Assembly (NCBI RefSeq): GCF_000025505.1
Contig: NC_013849.1
Location: 270,001-302,000, forward strand
Source: Ferroglobus placidus DSM 10642
Lineage (GTDB): Archaea; Halobacteriota; Archaeoglobi; Archaeoglobales; Archaeoglobaceae
DNA: 32,000 nucleotides
Direction: 5' to 3'
Every line of letters begins with the position of its first letter. The stretch's first letter is position 1. Position numbers and translations under genes: made by a program. Positions 1 to 9,585 of this stretch are shown here, piece after piece. The notes under the pieces are model-generated. The model had not been told where the DNA came from, ran no database searches, and saw nothing but the letters and a program-made list of their open reading frames with translations.

Positions 1-2
1 GA

Positions 3-929
3 ATTTGCAATCACTGCTTAAATCCAGCCTGCGTAGCAGCTTGCCCCCAAAGAGCCATATACAAGAGAGGAGAGGATGGAATCGTTCTCGTCGACCAGAA
101 CACATGCAGAGGATGGAGATTTTGCGTAACAGCTTGCCCCTACAAGAAAGTTTACTACAACTGGAACACCGGAAAGTCTGAAAAGTGCATATTCTGCTAT
201 CCACGAACGGAAACTGCTCAAGCCAACGCCTGTGCTCATAGCTGCGTTGGAAGGATTAGGTACGTTGGAGTAGTTTTGTACGACGCAGATAGAATTGAAG
301 ATGCTTTGAAAGTTAAAGACGAGGAGCTCGTTGAAGCTCAGAGGAAAATCATCCTCGATCCGAGGGATGAAATGGTTAGAAAAGCTGCCAAGGAAAACGG
401 AGTTCCGGATAACTGGCTCGAAGCCGCTTTGAAATCACCGGCATATGCTCTAATTAAGGAGTACGAGCTTGCTTTACCTCTGCATCCAGAATTCAGAACA
501 ATGCCGATGACTTTCTACATTCCACCACTCTCTCCAGTTTTAGCCGTTCACAGAGCAATACACGATGTTGAAGAGCATGAGGAAGTTCCGGACAAGAATT
601 TGCTAAGAGTTCCGGTGAGGTACCTCTCCAAGCTTTTCGCCGGCGGAAACGAGAGAGTTGTGACTGAGGCACTTGAAAGACTCGTCGCTTTGAGGAAGTA
701 CATGAGAGCGAGAAACGTCGGAGAGCAGCCAGATGAGGATAGCTTAAGAAAAGCGGGTCTTGATGCTGAAAGCGCTGAAAAGCTGTATCGATTACTCACC
801 ATAGCGAGCTACAATGAGAGATACGCTATTCCATCTCTCCACAGAGAATACCTTGACGTCACACCCTCAGAGGAAAGGAGGGGAGGAAGTGGTTTCGGTA
901 TATCGATCAGACCGAGGGGAGGGCAATGA
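3..929 (+). CDS. narH: Respiratory nitrate reductase beta subunit (NarH), 5' end outside window
   Basis: The frame is open from base 3, not only from ATG 276. It reads ICNHCLNPACVAACPQRAIYKREEDGIVLVDQNTCRGWRFCVTACPYKKVYYNWNTGKSEKCIFCYPRTETAQANACAHSCVGRIRYVGVVLYDADRIED..., the NarH ferredoxin-like clusters including the CRGWRxC motif, followed by ELALPLHPEFRTMPMTFYIPPLSP. Confidence 0.97.
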   Translation: MCNHCLNPACVAACPQRAIYKRGEDGIVLVDQNTCRGWRFCVTACPYKKVYYNWNTGKSEKCIFCYPRTETAQANACAHSCVGRIRYVGVVLYDADRIEDALKVKDEELVEAQRKIILDPRDEMVRKAAKENGVPDNWLEAALKSPAYALIKEYELALPLHPEFRTMPMTFYIPPLSPVLAVHRAIHDVEEHEEVPDKNLLRVPVRYLSKLFAGGNERVVTEALERLVALRKYMRARNVGEQPDEDSLRKAGLDAESAEKLYRLLTIASYNERYAIPSLHREYLDVTPSEERRGGSGFGISIRPRGGQ

Positions 930-1498
930 AGAAGATGAAAGATTGCTACAAACTCCTATCAAAACTCTTGCAGTATCCAAGCGATCTCTTAGAAATGAGA
1001 GATGCTGCTAAAAAACTTTACAAACTGATAAGAGGCATTGAAGCTGAGGAAATAGAAGAGGCGAAGAAAGAGTTTGAAAAATTTATTGAATTCCTCGAAA
1101 AGTCCACTATAGAAGAAATCGAAGAGGAGTACGTAAGAACTTTTGATTTATTCCCACTCTGCCCCCCTTACGTTTTTCACCACGTTTGCGGTGAGAGTTA
1201 CAGAAGAAGTGAGTATCTGGTTAAGCTCATGGAAATCTATAGAAAGCATGGATTTGAACCAGATAAAACTCTGAAAAAAGAACTTCCCGATCATATAGCT
1301 GTGATCGTAAGCTTTTTGGGAGAGTTAGATGATAGACGAGACTTTCTGGAGTTTATCATAAAAGGTATTAATAAAATGACTGATACTGTGAAGAAGAAAG
1401 AAACTCCTTACAGAGCACTTATTCTCTTAACTCATGCTTTATGCTCTGCAGATTTGAAATTTTGGAGTAAAAAATTGGAGGGGGTGATCGAATGTTAG
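926..1498 (+). CDS. narJ: Nitrate reductase molybdenum cofactor assembly chaperone (NarJ/TorD-like)
   Basis: 190 aa, start overlaps the narH stop by 4 nt; helical protein with LLQYPSDL and EEYVRTFDLFPLCPPYVFHHVCGE, typical of NarJ; lies between narH and narI. Confidence 0.9.
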   Translation: MKKMKDCYKLLSKLLQYPSDLLEMRDAAKKLYKLIRGIEAEEIEEAKKEFEKFIEFLEKSTIEEIEEEYVRTFDLFPLCPPYVFHHVCGESYRRSEYLVKLMEIYRKHGFEPDKTLKKELPDHIAVIVSFLGELDDRRDFLEFIIKGINKMTDTVKKKETPYRALILLTHALCSADLKFWSKKLEGVIEC

Positions 1499-2193
1499 AT
1501 ACGTTAATTTTTGTAGTTCTGCCGTACGCTGCGATAGCTCTCGCCTTATTTGTTACACCCTATAGATATTTCAAGAATAGACTTGACTGGAGCGCTTTCT
1601 CAACCCAGTTCTTGGAAAGAAGAAAGCTCTACTGGGGTAGCATTCCCTGGCATTACGGAGTTGTAATTGTTCTTGCCGGTCACCTGATAGGATTTCTGTT
1701 TCCGTCAGCAGTGCAGAGCGCTTTGTCGAATTTCTCCATGCTTATCGTACTGGAAAGCATAGCGCTAGCTCTCGGATTGCTTGCATTGGTTGGTAGCGTT
1801 ATCTTATTAATTAGAAGAGCTTCCGGAATCGTCAGAGCTGTCACAAGCTACTCTGACTGGATAGTCCTTCTACTTGTACTCAACCAAGCAATAACCGGAG
1901 TTTACATGGGAGTTTTCGCCAGATGGGGAATGGAATGGTATTTATACACAGCAGTTCCCTGGCTTTATTCGCTGCTCACGTTAAATCCGCAAATAGGCTA
2001 CGTTTCCGAGCTACCGCTGGTTTTCAAGCTTCATGTGGCTGGAGCATTCTTAATATTGGCGGTGCTTCCCTTCACGAAATTCGTGCACTTCCTTTTCCTA
2101 CCTCTCGACTTCCTAAAAGATCCTCCTCTGCTCTACAGATGGGCGAGTAGAAAGGAGAAGAAGGTTGCCATAGAGGAAACAAAAAGAAGCTAA
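1492..2193 (+). CDS. narI: Respiratory nitrate reductase gamma subunit (cytochrome b, NarI)
   Basis: Multi-TM; RRKLYWGSIPWHYGVVIVLAGHLIGFLFPSAVQ and LFKLHVAGAFLILAVLPFTKFVHFLFLPL are NarI-like with His ligands; overlaps narJ by 7 nt. Confidence 0.92.
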   Translation: MLDTLIFVVLPYAAIALALFVTPYRYFKNRLDWSAFSTQFLERRKLYWGSIPWHYGVVIVLAGHLIGFLFPSAVQSALSNFSMLIVLESIALALGLLALVGSVILLIRRASGIVRAVTSYSDWIVLLLVLNQAITGVYMGVFARWGMEWYLYTAVPWLYSLLTLNPQIGYVSELPLVFKLHVAGAFLILAVLPFTKFVHFLFLPLDFLKDPPLLYRWASRKEKKVAIEETKRS

Positions 2194-2207
2194 TTTGGGG
2201 GGTAAAA

Positions 2208-3521
2208 ATGGTAAGCGCTGAGGATTTGAAGAAAAAGTACGGTTTGAAGGGTGATCCGAAGGAAGGATTGATAGCTGCAACCCTCGGATTTTTTGTAGGA
2301 TTTGCAGCTGTCGCTTTGTATGGGCCAACAGCAAAGGAATTTAAGGATGTGATGGGTCTTTCGGGAACTCTGCTCGGATTACTCGTAGCTATACCTCAGC
2401 TAACCGGTTCGCTCTTCAGAATCCCCTTCGGAGCGTGGGTTGATAAGGTCGGCGGTAAAAAGCCGATGCTAACGCTGTTAGCTCTCTCAGTTATCGGTAT
2501 GGCTGGTTTAACAACCCTGCTGATTCTCTACTATCCCCACGGACTCACAATGGAGATGTACCCACTCATATTACTCTTCGGTGCTTTGAGCGGTTGCGGA
2601 GTGGCTACTTTTTCAGTTGGAATTCCCCAAACTTCTTACTGGTTCCCGCAGAAAAGACAGGGATGGGCTCTCGGAACTTATGCTGGATTGGGTAACACCG
2701 CTCCCGGCTTTTTCACATTACTCATTCCCTTCGCTTTAGCCGCTCTTGGATTGCCTGGAGCTTATTCGGCATGGTTCCTGTTCCTGCTGGCTGGAACGAT
2801 AGTGTATGCGATCATAGCTCACGACGCTTACTACTTCCAGCTTGTGAAGAAAGGAGTCCCAAGGGATGAGGCAATAAAAATAGCAAAACAGCTTGGACAG
2901 GAGCTTTTCCCTTCTGGAAAACTCGTTGACGCTCTAAAGATTTCCGCAAAAATAGGCAGAACATGGGCTCTCGTTGCTTTGTACTTCACCTCTTTCGGTG
3001 GTTTTCTCGCCCTCACCACATGGTTCCCCACCTACTGGAGACTCTTTCACGGCTTTGACATAAAAACAGCCGGAATTCTCGGAGGAGTTGGATTCTCTTT
3101 GCTTGCATCGTTTATCAGAGTTTACGGAGGGTATCTAAGCGATAAGATGGGTGGGGAGAGAACCGCGATAATGAGTTACACTCTCGTTTTGATAGGTGCG
3201 GGAATTCTAACGATTTCGACAAGCTTCGCTCCGGCATTGATAGGAGAGATTCTCATAGGAGCGGGGATGGGAATTGCCAACGCTGCAGTTTTCAAACTCG
3301 TCGCCAAATACGTTCCAGAAGCTGTTGGTGGAGCAAGCGGTTGGGTTGGTGGTTTAGGAGCTTTTGGAGGCTTCGTAGTCCCACCGATCCTTGGTGCCTT
3401 TGTCGATGCCTTCGGTGAGCTTGGATATGCAAGAGGGTTCATCGTCTACGTTGCACTTGCCCTCATGTCGATAACCATATCCCTGATCTTGAAAAAGAGG
3501 TACGGGCACGAAATACACTGA
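2208..3521 (+). CDS. narK: Nitrate/nitrite transporter, MFS family (NarK)
   Basis: 437 aa, about 12 hydrophobic segments; GTLLGLLVAIPQLTGSLFRIPFGAWVDKVGGKKP and GLGNTAPGFFTLLIPFAL; directly downstream of narI. Confidence 0.9.
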   Translation: MVSAEDLKKKYGLKGDPKEGLIAATLGFFVGFAAVALYGPTAKEFKDVMGLSGTLLGLLVAIPQLTGSLFRIPFGAWVDKVGGKKPMLTLLALSVIGMAGLTTLLILYYPHGLTMEMYPLILLFGALSGCGVATFSVGIPQTSYWFPQKRQGWALGTYAGLGNTAPGFFTLLIPFALAALGLPGAYSAWFLFLLAGTIVYAIIAHDAYYFQLVKKGVPRDEAIKIAKQLGQELFPSGKLVDALKISAKIGRTWALVALYFTSFGGFLALTTWFPTYWRLFHGFDIKTAGILGGVGFSLLASFIRVYGGYLSDKMGGERTAIMSYTLVLIGAGILTISTSFAPALIGEILIGAGMGIANAAVFKLVAKYVPEAVGGASGWVGGLGAFGGFVVPPILGAFVDAFGELGYARGFIVYVALALMSITISLILKKRYGHEIH

Positions 3522-3660
3522 GGGGAAAAGGGAAGAAGTTTAGTTCCAAGAGATAAGTGTCAGCTCGTTTGATTTTATTCATTTTTCAGCTCTTTTTTAT
3601 TGAAGTTAGAAGTCTGTTTCCCATCTATTTTTCTCACCACCGACCGAACTTTTGATGAGT

Positions 3661-4263
3661 TTTCAATCCTCTTTTCATCGAGCAAAAACTTCTTGAGGAG
3701 AAGGGAAACCCAGAGGAGTTCAACTTTCAATCCTCTTTTCATCGAGATTCTTTTGCTTCCGCTGATAGTTTTGCTGGCACTAATTCCTCCTTTCAATCCT
3801 CTTTTCATCGAGCGGGATAGGAGGCACAGGCAGATTTATGGACATAATGGTGACTACCTTTCAATCCTCTTTTCATCGAGAAGGAATTAAAAGGAGTCAA
3901 AACGAAGCTGGACGAATACCGCTTTCAATCCTCTTTTCATCGAGTAAATGCCTCAGTTCGGTGGTGGAGGTGGTGTTGGTATAACTTTCAATCCTCTTTT
4001 CATCGAGTGTCTCCAGCTTTCAGACTGGAGTTTTCGCAACTCCTGCTCCTTTCAATCCTCTTTTCATCGAGAATTGGAAGAAAAGACGAAACTTATGACG
4101 ACATTATACGCCTTTCAATCCTCTTTTCATCGAGCGTTCTACCTGAACCATTCAACTACAGATGCATCCATTATAATCTTTCAATCCTCTTTTCATCGAG
4201 ATGAGCACATCAGGTCTCCCCTCTTCGTTTTCCTGATACCCTTTCAATCCTCTTTTCATCGAG
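3661..4263 (-). CRISPR. CRISPR array, 10 repeats and 9 spacers
   Basis: Repeat on + is CTTTCAATCCTCTTTTCATCGAG (23 nt) at 3661 (first base of the unit changed to T at 3660), 3724, 3790, 3858, 3922, 3985, 4049, 4112, 4178 and 4241. Spacers are 40-45 nt and all different. Reverse complement CTCGATGAAAAGAGGATTGAAAG ends in the archaeal 5' handle ATTGAAAG, implying minus-strand transcription. Confidence 0.98.
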
Positions 4264-4400
4264 GGTTATACTCTAACAAAATTTACGTCGAATGGAAGTA
4301 TATAACGCTTTCTCTTCGCAACGCTTCCTCGAACACGATATACCGAGCGAAATAATTAAAAACGAAACCCCGGCGTGTTCGAGGAAAAATTTAAATAGTA
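4264..4400 (-). promoter_or_regulatory. Putative CRISPR leader and promoter
   Basis: With the array read on minus, the leader side is the high-coordinate side. It has a TATA-like box TTATATAC (complement of 4298..4305), about 35 nt before the first repeat in transcription order, in an AT-rich non-coding stretch. Confidence 0.5.
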
Positions 4401-4553
4401 GAAAACTTTCAGCTCCTTTAACAGCGTTAAAGGTGCGAAATGTTCGAGTAGTCCAGAAATTTTGGAAGGAGAATAAAACCCTTGTTGGTCTTCATTTGAT
4501 GGATTTTAGCGGTGCTTTTAGAGAATAATCATAAGTAATTGCGGTTTTTAAAG

Positions 4554-5264
4554 TTATTTCGATTCTCCTCGTTTGGCAACTCTTGCTATCAAACTCGCGA
4601 AAACGGCAGCCCCAAAACCGTTGTCGATGTTCACGACTGCCAAGCCGGAAGAGCATGAGGAGAGCATGGAAAATAGCGCCGTAAATCCCTTCAAACTCGT
4701 TCCGTAGCCGATTGACGTTGGAACTCCTATAACTGGCACGTCGACCAAGCCGGCAACTACTGAAGGCAAAGCCCCCTCCATTCCCGCGACGACGATTATC
4801 GCCACTACTCCTTCTTCCATGCACTTCTTTAAAGGCTCTAAAAGTCTGTGAATCCCAGCCACACCGACGTCGTAAAACTTCAGCGGCTCTATTCCGAGAA
4901 AAATCAGAGTTTCGCAAGCCTCTTCAGCAACAGCTATGTCTGATGTCCCGGCTGAAAGGACAGCCACTTTTGCGAAGGGTTGAGGAATATCTCCAACTAT
5001 TACCGTTCTCGCCCTCTCGTTGATTCTTGCGTTTCCGAATCTCTTTTTCAATTCTTCGAGATGCTCTTTTTTAACCCTCGTAACGAGGACTCTTCCTTTC
5101 TCCTTAACGTAAGCTTCGATTATTTTCACGAGCTCCTCCAAGCTTTTCCCTTCTCCGAAAACGGCTTCGGGCTTACCAGCTCTCTCCTCTCTAAAAATGT
5201 CTATTTTCGCAAAATCCTCGACCTCTTTAATTAATTTTTTAAAAAAATCGTCTCTAAGATTCAT
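4554..5264 (-). CDS. larB: LarB / AIR carboxylase-related protein (nickel-pincer nucleotide cofactor biosynthesis family)
   Basis: [76 protein letters not shown] and [15 protein letters not shown] are typical LarB motifs. Confidence 0.88.
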   Translation of the reverse strand: MNLRDDFFKKLIKEVEDFAKIDIFREERAGKPEAVFGEGKSLEELVKIIEAYVKEKGRVLVTRVKKEHLEELKKRFGNARINERARTVIVGDIPQPFAKVAVLSAGTSDIAVAEEACETLIFLGIEPLKFYDVGVAGIHRLLEPLKKCMEEGVVAIIVVAGMEGALPSVVAGLVDVPVIGVPTSIGYGTSLKGFTALFSMLSSCSSGLAVVNIDNGFGAAVFASLIARVAKRGESK

Positions 5265-8200
5265 ACTTCCTCTTCACTTCCTCGTGGTACTCCTGCAAAG
5301 ACTTTATGCTCAATTCAGCCTTTCTTATCGCTTCTATCCCTTTTACAGCGGCTAAAGCTCCGCTGTAGGTCGTTATGTAGGGAATGTTGTAGTCAACTGC
5401 CGCTCTCCTGATCATGTATCCTTCAGTCTTTCCTCTTCTTCCTGAAGGCGTGTTTATTATCAAATCGATCTCTCCGTTTATTATCAAATCGATGACGTTC
5501 GGCCTTCCCTGACTTATTTTAGGAACGATTTCAGCGTCAATTCCGTGCTCTTTTAAGAACTGGGCTGTGCCATCCGTTGCGAGGATTCTGAATCCCATTT
5601 CTTTGAGCTTCTTAGCCACTGGTAAAATCTTCTCTCGATCGTGCTTTCTCACGCTTATGAAGACCGTCCCTTCCGTTGGCAGCTTCATTCCCGCTGCGAG
5701 CTGGGCTTTGTAGTACGCCAATCCGAAATCGTAGTCTATCCCCATGACTTCTCCGGTGGACTTCATCTCCGGTCCTAATACTGGATCAACTCCCGGAAGC
5801 TTCAGGAAGGGGAAGACAGCCTCCTTCACTGAAACGTGGTCGGGAAACAGTCTCTCCTTAACTCCAAGCTCCTTTAGCTTTTTACCCATCATGACTTTGG
5901 CGGCGATTTTCGCAAGAGGAATTCCCGTAGCTTTGCTTACGAAAGGAACGGTTCTGCTCGCTCTCGGATTTGCTTCGAGTATGTAAACTTCGTTGTCCTT
6001 GACGGCGTACTGAACGTTTATCAGCCCGATAACTTTGAGTTCGAGGGCTAATTTTCTCGTGTAATCGATTATCTTGTCTATAACTTCCTTCGAAAGCGAC
6101 TGGGGTGGAAGAACGCAAGCTGAATCTCCGCTGTGCACTCCAGCCTCTTCTATGTGCTCCATAATTCCTCCTATCAGAACTTCTTCTCCATCGCAGACAG
6201 CATCTACCTCAACTTCTATCGCATCTTCGAGGAATTTGTCGATGAGAATCGGCTTCTCCGGGGAGACTTCCAAAGCCTCTCTGATGTATCTTTCGAGAGT
6301 TTCCTCGTCGTAAACGATCTCCATCGCTCTTCCACCGAGAACGTAACTCGGTCTTACCAGAACTGGATAGCCTATCTTCTTCGCTACCTCCTTAGCTTCC
6401 TCAACGCTGAACGCTATTCCGTTTTCCGGCTGTGGAATTCCGAGCTTCCTGCATATTTCCGCGAATCTCTTTCTGTCTTCCGCTATGTCTATCGAATCGA
6501 CGCTCGTTCCGAGAATTTTCGCTCCGCTCTCCTCAAGCTGTTTGGCTATGTTTAAAGGAGTTTGTCCGCCAAACTGAACGAGAACACCTTCTGGCTTTTC
6601 GTTCTCGTAGATGTTCATGACGTCCTCGTGAGTTATCGGCTCGAAGTAAAGTCTGTCTGATGTGTCGTAGTCCGTTGAAACCGTCTCAGGGTTGCAGTTG
6701 ACCATTATAGTCTCGTATCCTTCTTCTTTCAAGCTGTAAACGGCGTGAACGCAGCAGTAGTCGAACTCGATTCCCTGCCCAATTCTGTTGGGACCGCTTC
6801 CGAGAATCATGACCTTCTTTCTTTTGCTTGGAACGGCATCGTTTTCCTCTTCGTAGGTGGAGTAATAGTACGGCGTTTTTGCTTCGAATTCAGCTGCGCA
6901 CGTGTCGACCATTTTGAAAGTAGCCACGATTCCTTTACTTTTCCTCGCTTTTCTAACGTCTCTCTCATCCACTCCGAAAATCTTCGCAATCTGGTAGTCG
7001 CTGAAACCGAATCTCTTAGCTTTCCTCAGCAATTCCTTCGGAACTTCGTCTATCGAGTACTTCTTTGCCGCTTCTCTCAGCTCTCTCTCAACATCAAGAA
7101 TGTTTTTGATCTTGCTGATGAACCACTTATCGATTTTAGTAAGCTCCGCAACCTCGTCAACGCTGAAGCCGTTGAGGAGTGCGTACCTGATGTAGAAAAC
7201 TCTCTCGGGGTTTGGAGTTATGAGCTTCTTTACTATCTCATCTTTGCTTGGCTGTTTATCTTTTCCGTCGGCTCCAAGCCCGTACCTTCCTATTTCCAAG
7301 CTTCTCAAAGCTTTTTGCAGCGCCTCTTCGAATGTCCTTCCGATTGCCATAACCTCTCCAACGCTTTTCATCTGCGTTCCCAGAGTTGGGTCTGCTGTCG
7401 GGAACTTGTCGAAAGCGAAACGCGGAATTTTTACGACCACGTAATCTATGGTTGGCTCGAAGCTTGCTGGAGTTTCCTTCGTTATGTCGTTGGGAATCTC
7501 ATCTAAAGTGTAGCCCACGGCAAGCTTCGCAGCTATCTTCGCTATCGGATATCCCGTGGCTTTAGATGCTAAGGCTGAGCTCCTGCTAACCCTCGGGTTC
7601 ATCTCGATAGCCAAAAATCTGTCTGAGCTCGGATGGACAGCAAACTGAATATTACTGCCACCGGTTTCGACACCTATCTCTCTTATTATCGCAATAGCGG
7701 CGTCTCTCAACCTCTGGTATTCGTAATCCGTAAGGGTCTGGGCTGGAGCTACGGTGATGCTGTCGCCGGTATGGACACCCATCGGATCGAAGTTTTCTAT
7801 GGAGCATATTATCACGACGTTATCCGCTTTGTCCCTCATCACTTCGAGCTCGAACTCCTTCCAGCCGATGACGCTCTCTTCGATGAGAACTTGATGAATC
7901 ATCGAAAGTTCGAGACCCTTCCTAACTATCTCCTTTAACTCCTCCCTGTTGTAAGCTATTCCTCCTCCGGTCCCTCCGAGGGTGAAAGCTGGTCTTACGA
8001 CAACAGGATATCCGAGCTCTTCGGCAATAGTTAAGGCGTCGCTAACGCTTTCAGCTATTTCACTCCTCGGCACCTCGAGCCCTATGTTCTCCATAGCTTT
8101 CTTGAAGAGGTCTCTGTCTTCCGCTTTCTTTATCGCATCTACGTTAGCACCTATCAGCTCCACTCCGTATTTGTCAAGAACACCCATCTCGTGAAGCTTT

Positions 8201-8499
8201 ACGGCTATGTTTAAAGCGGTCTGCCCGCCAAGAGTTGGGAGCAAAGCGTCGGGGGTTTCCCTTTCTATAATTTTAGCAACTACTTCAGGCGTAAGCGGCT
8301 CGATGTAAGTTTTGTCAGCCATTTCCGGATCGGTCATTATCGTAGCCGGATTGGAGTTCACGAGAACGACTTCGTAGCCTTCTTCCCTCAAAGCCTTACA
8401 AGCCTGACTGCCTGAGTAGTCAAATTCTGCAGCCTGCCCAATTACAATCGGACCAGAGCCTATTACCATGATCTTTTTTATATCCTCTCTCTTCGGCAT
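5254..8499 (-). CDS. carB: Carbamoyl-phosphate synthase large subunit
   Basis: 1081 aa; duplicated ATP-grasp halves: [47 protein letters not shown] and [24 protein letters not shown], with a C-terminal MGS-like domain. Confidence 0.99.
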   Translation of the reverse strand: MPKREDIKKIMVIGSGPIVIGQAAEFDYSGSQACKALREEGYEVVLVNSNPATIMTDPEMADKTYIEPLTPEVVAKIIERETPDALLPTLGGQTALNIAVKLHEMGVLDKYGVELIGANVDAIKKAEDRDLFKKAMENIGLEVPRSEIAESVSDALTIAEELGYPVVVRPAFTLGGTGGGIAYNREELKEIVRKGLELSMIHQVLIEESVIGWKEFELEVMRDKADNVVIICSIENFDPMGVHTGDSITVAPAQTLTDYEYQRLRDAAIAIIREIGVETGGSNIQFAVHPSSDRFLAIEMNPRVSRSSALASKATGYPIAKIAAKLAVGYTLDEIPNDITKETPASFEPTIDYVVVKIPRFAFDKFPTADPTLGTQMKSVGEVMAIGRTFEEALQKALRSLEIGRYGLGADGKDKQPSKDEIVKKLITPNPERVFYIRYALLNGFSVDEVAELTKIDKWFISKIKNILDVERELREAAKKYSIDEVPKELLRKAKRFGFSDYQIAKIFGVDERDVRKARKSKGIVATFKMVDTCAAEFEAKTPYYYSTYEEENDAVPSKRKKVMILGSGPNRIGQGIEFDYCCVHAVYSLKEEGYETIMVNCNPETVSTDYDTSDRLYFEPITHEDVMNIYENEKPEGVLVQFGGQTPLNIAKQLEESGAKILGTSVDSIDIAEDRKRFAEICRKLGIPQPENGIAFSVEEAKEVAKKIGYPVLVRPSYVLGGRAMEIVYDEETLERYIREALEVSPEKPILIDKFLEDAIEVEVDAVCDGEEVLIGGIMEHIEEAGVHSGDSACVLPPQSLSKEVIDKIIDYTRKLALELKVIGLINVQYAVKDNEVYILEANPRASRTVPFVSKATGIPLAKIAAKVMMGKKLKELGVKERLFPDHVSVKEAVFPFLKLPGVDPVLGPEMKSTGEVMGIDYDFGLAYYKAQLAAGMKLPTEGTVFISVRKHDREKILPVAKKLKEMGFRILATDGTAQFLKEHGIDAEIVPKISQGRPNVIDLIINGEIDLIINTPSGRRGKTEGYMIRRAAVDYNIPYITTYSGALAAVKGIEAIRKAELSIKSLQEYHEEVKRKYES

Positions 8500-8508
8500 T
8501 ACACCACC

Positions 8509-9585
8509 TCAGTATTCAGCGAGCAAATCGACGAAGCTGTCGAAGAAGAAGTAGGTGTCGTGCGGTCCCGGTCCGGCTTCCGGATGATACTGAACGCTTA
8601 TAAGTGGAATCTCCTCGTGAACCATCCCTTCGACCGTGTAATCGTTCAGATTTATTTGGGTGACTCTTAAACCTTTAGGCAAAGTTTTCTCGTCCACCGC
8701 AAAGTTGTGGTTCTGGCTCGAGATGAAAACTCTTCCGGTTTCAAAGTCTTTGACTGGGTGATTGCTTCCGTGGTGCCCGAATTTGAGCTTGAACGTTTTC
8801 GCTCCAAAAGCTAAAGCTATCAGCTGGTGTCCTAAACAAATGCCGGCCATCGGCATCTTACCTGCCAATTTTTTTATTGTCTCGATCGTCGGCTTCACTC
8901 TTGCTGGATCCCCCGGACCGTTTGAAATGAAAACTCCGTCAAAATCCTCTTCGAGTATCTTCTCAGCCGGATAATCGTAGGGGAAAAGTGTAACTTCCAC
9001 GCCTCTTTTAACGAGCTGTCTAACTATGCTCCTCTTAACGCCACAATCTATTAACGCCACTCTGTATTTTCCTCCCTCTCCAACGACCCTCGGCTCTTTA
9101 ACGCAAACTTTGTCGACCAAGTCGATCTCGCTTATTGAAGGCTGAGCCCTCGCTTTCTCTATCGCTTCCTCCTTCGTTACGTCTCCTATTCCTATGTAAG
9201 CTTTCATAGATCCGTAGATTCTCAGCTTTTTTGTCAGCATTCTCGTGTCCACTCCTTCTATTCCCGGAATTCCGTACTCTTTGAGGAGCTCATCTACCGT
9301 CATCTCGCTTCTCCAGTTGTTCGGCTCTTTGCAAAGTTCTCTTACGACGAAACCTTCCACTTTAACTCCGTCGCTTTCGAAATCTTCCCTGCAAACCCCG
9401 TAGTTTCCTATTAACGGGTAGGTCATCATCAAGATCTGCCCTTTGTAACTCGGATCGGTTAAGGCTTCAACGTATCCCGTCATGCTCGTGTTGAAAACGA
9501 GTTCCCCTTCGGCTTCTCTCAACTCCCCGAAAGCTTTTCCCTCAACAAACGTTCCGTCTTCTAAAGCTAAAACAGCCCTAACCAT
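8509..9585 (-). CDS. carA: Carbamoyl-phosphate synthase small subunit
   Basis: ALEDGTFVEGKAFGELREAEGELVFNTSMTGYVEALTDPSYKGQILMMTYPLIGNYG; amidotransferase motif MAGICLGHQLIALAFG; terminal HPEAGPGPHDTYFFFDSF. Confidence 0.99.
   Translation of the reverse strand: MVRAVLALEDGTFVEGKAFGELREAEGELVFNTSMTGYVEALTDPSYKGQILMMTYPLIGNYGVCREDFESDGVKVEGFVVRELCKEPNNWRSEMTVDELLKEYGIPGIEGVDTRMLTKKLRIYGSMKAYIGIGDVTKEEAIEKARAQPSISEIDLVDKVCVKEPRVVGEGGKYRVALIDCGVKRSIVRQLVKRGVEVTLFPYDYPAEKILEEDFDGVFISNGPGDPARVKPTIETIKKLAGKMPMAGICLGHQLIALAFGAKTFKLKFGHHGSNHPVKDFETGRVFISSQNHNFAVDEKTLPKGLRVTQINLNDYTVEGMVHEEIPLISVQYHPEAGPGPHDTYFFFDSFVDLLAEY

Noticed and set aside
18-239. Minus-strand ORF 18..239 and repeated GCGTA(G/A)CAGCTTGCCCC motif
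   Set aside because: The repeated motif encodes the paired ferredoxin Cys motifs (VAACP, VTACP) of narH; the ORF is antisense shadow.
4308-4332. Possible degenerate eleventh CRISPR repeat (CTTTCTCTTCGCAACGCTTCCTCGA), 44 nt after the last full repeat
   Set aside because: Spacing fits, but identity is weak, and the repeat's ATTGAAAG handle places this side at the leader, where a TATA-like box is found instead. Degeneration is expected at the other end.
3575-4355. Several ORFs in the track (3575..3808, 3600..3890, 3948..4355, 4007..4204)
   Set aside because: They are translations of the CRISPR array itself; the repeated peptides FQSSFHR and LSILFSS come from the repeat unit.
4492-4917. 141-aa minus-strand ORF in the track
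   Set aside because: Overlaps larB on the same strand in a different frame; composition is unlike a protein and larB motifs explain the region.
5744-8194. Multiple ORFs within carB on both strands
   Set aside because: Shadow ORFs of the large carB gene in a GC-biased coding region.
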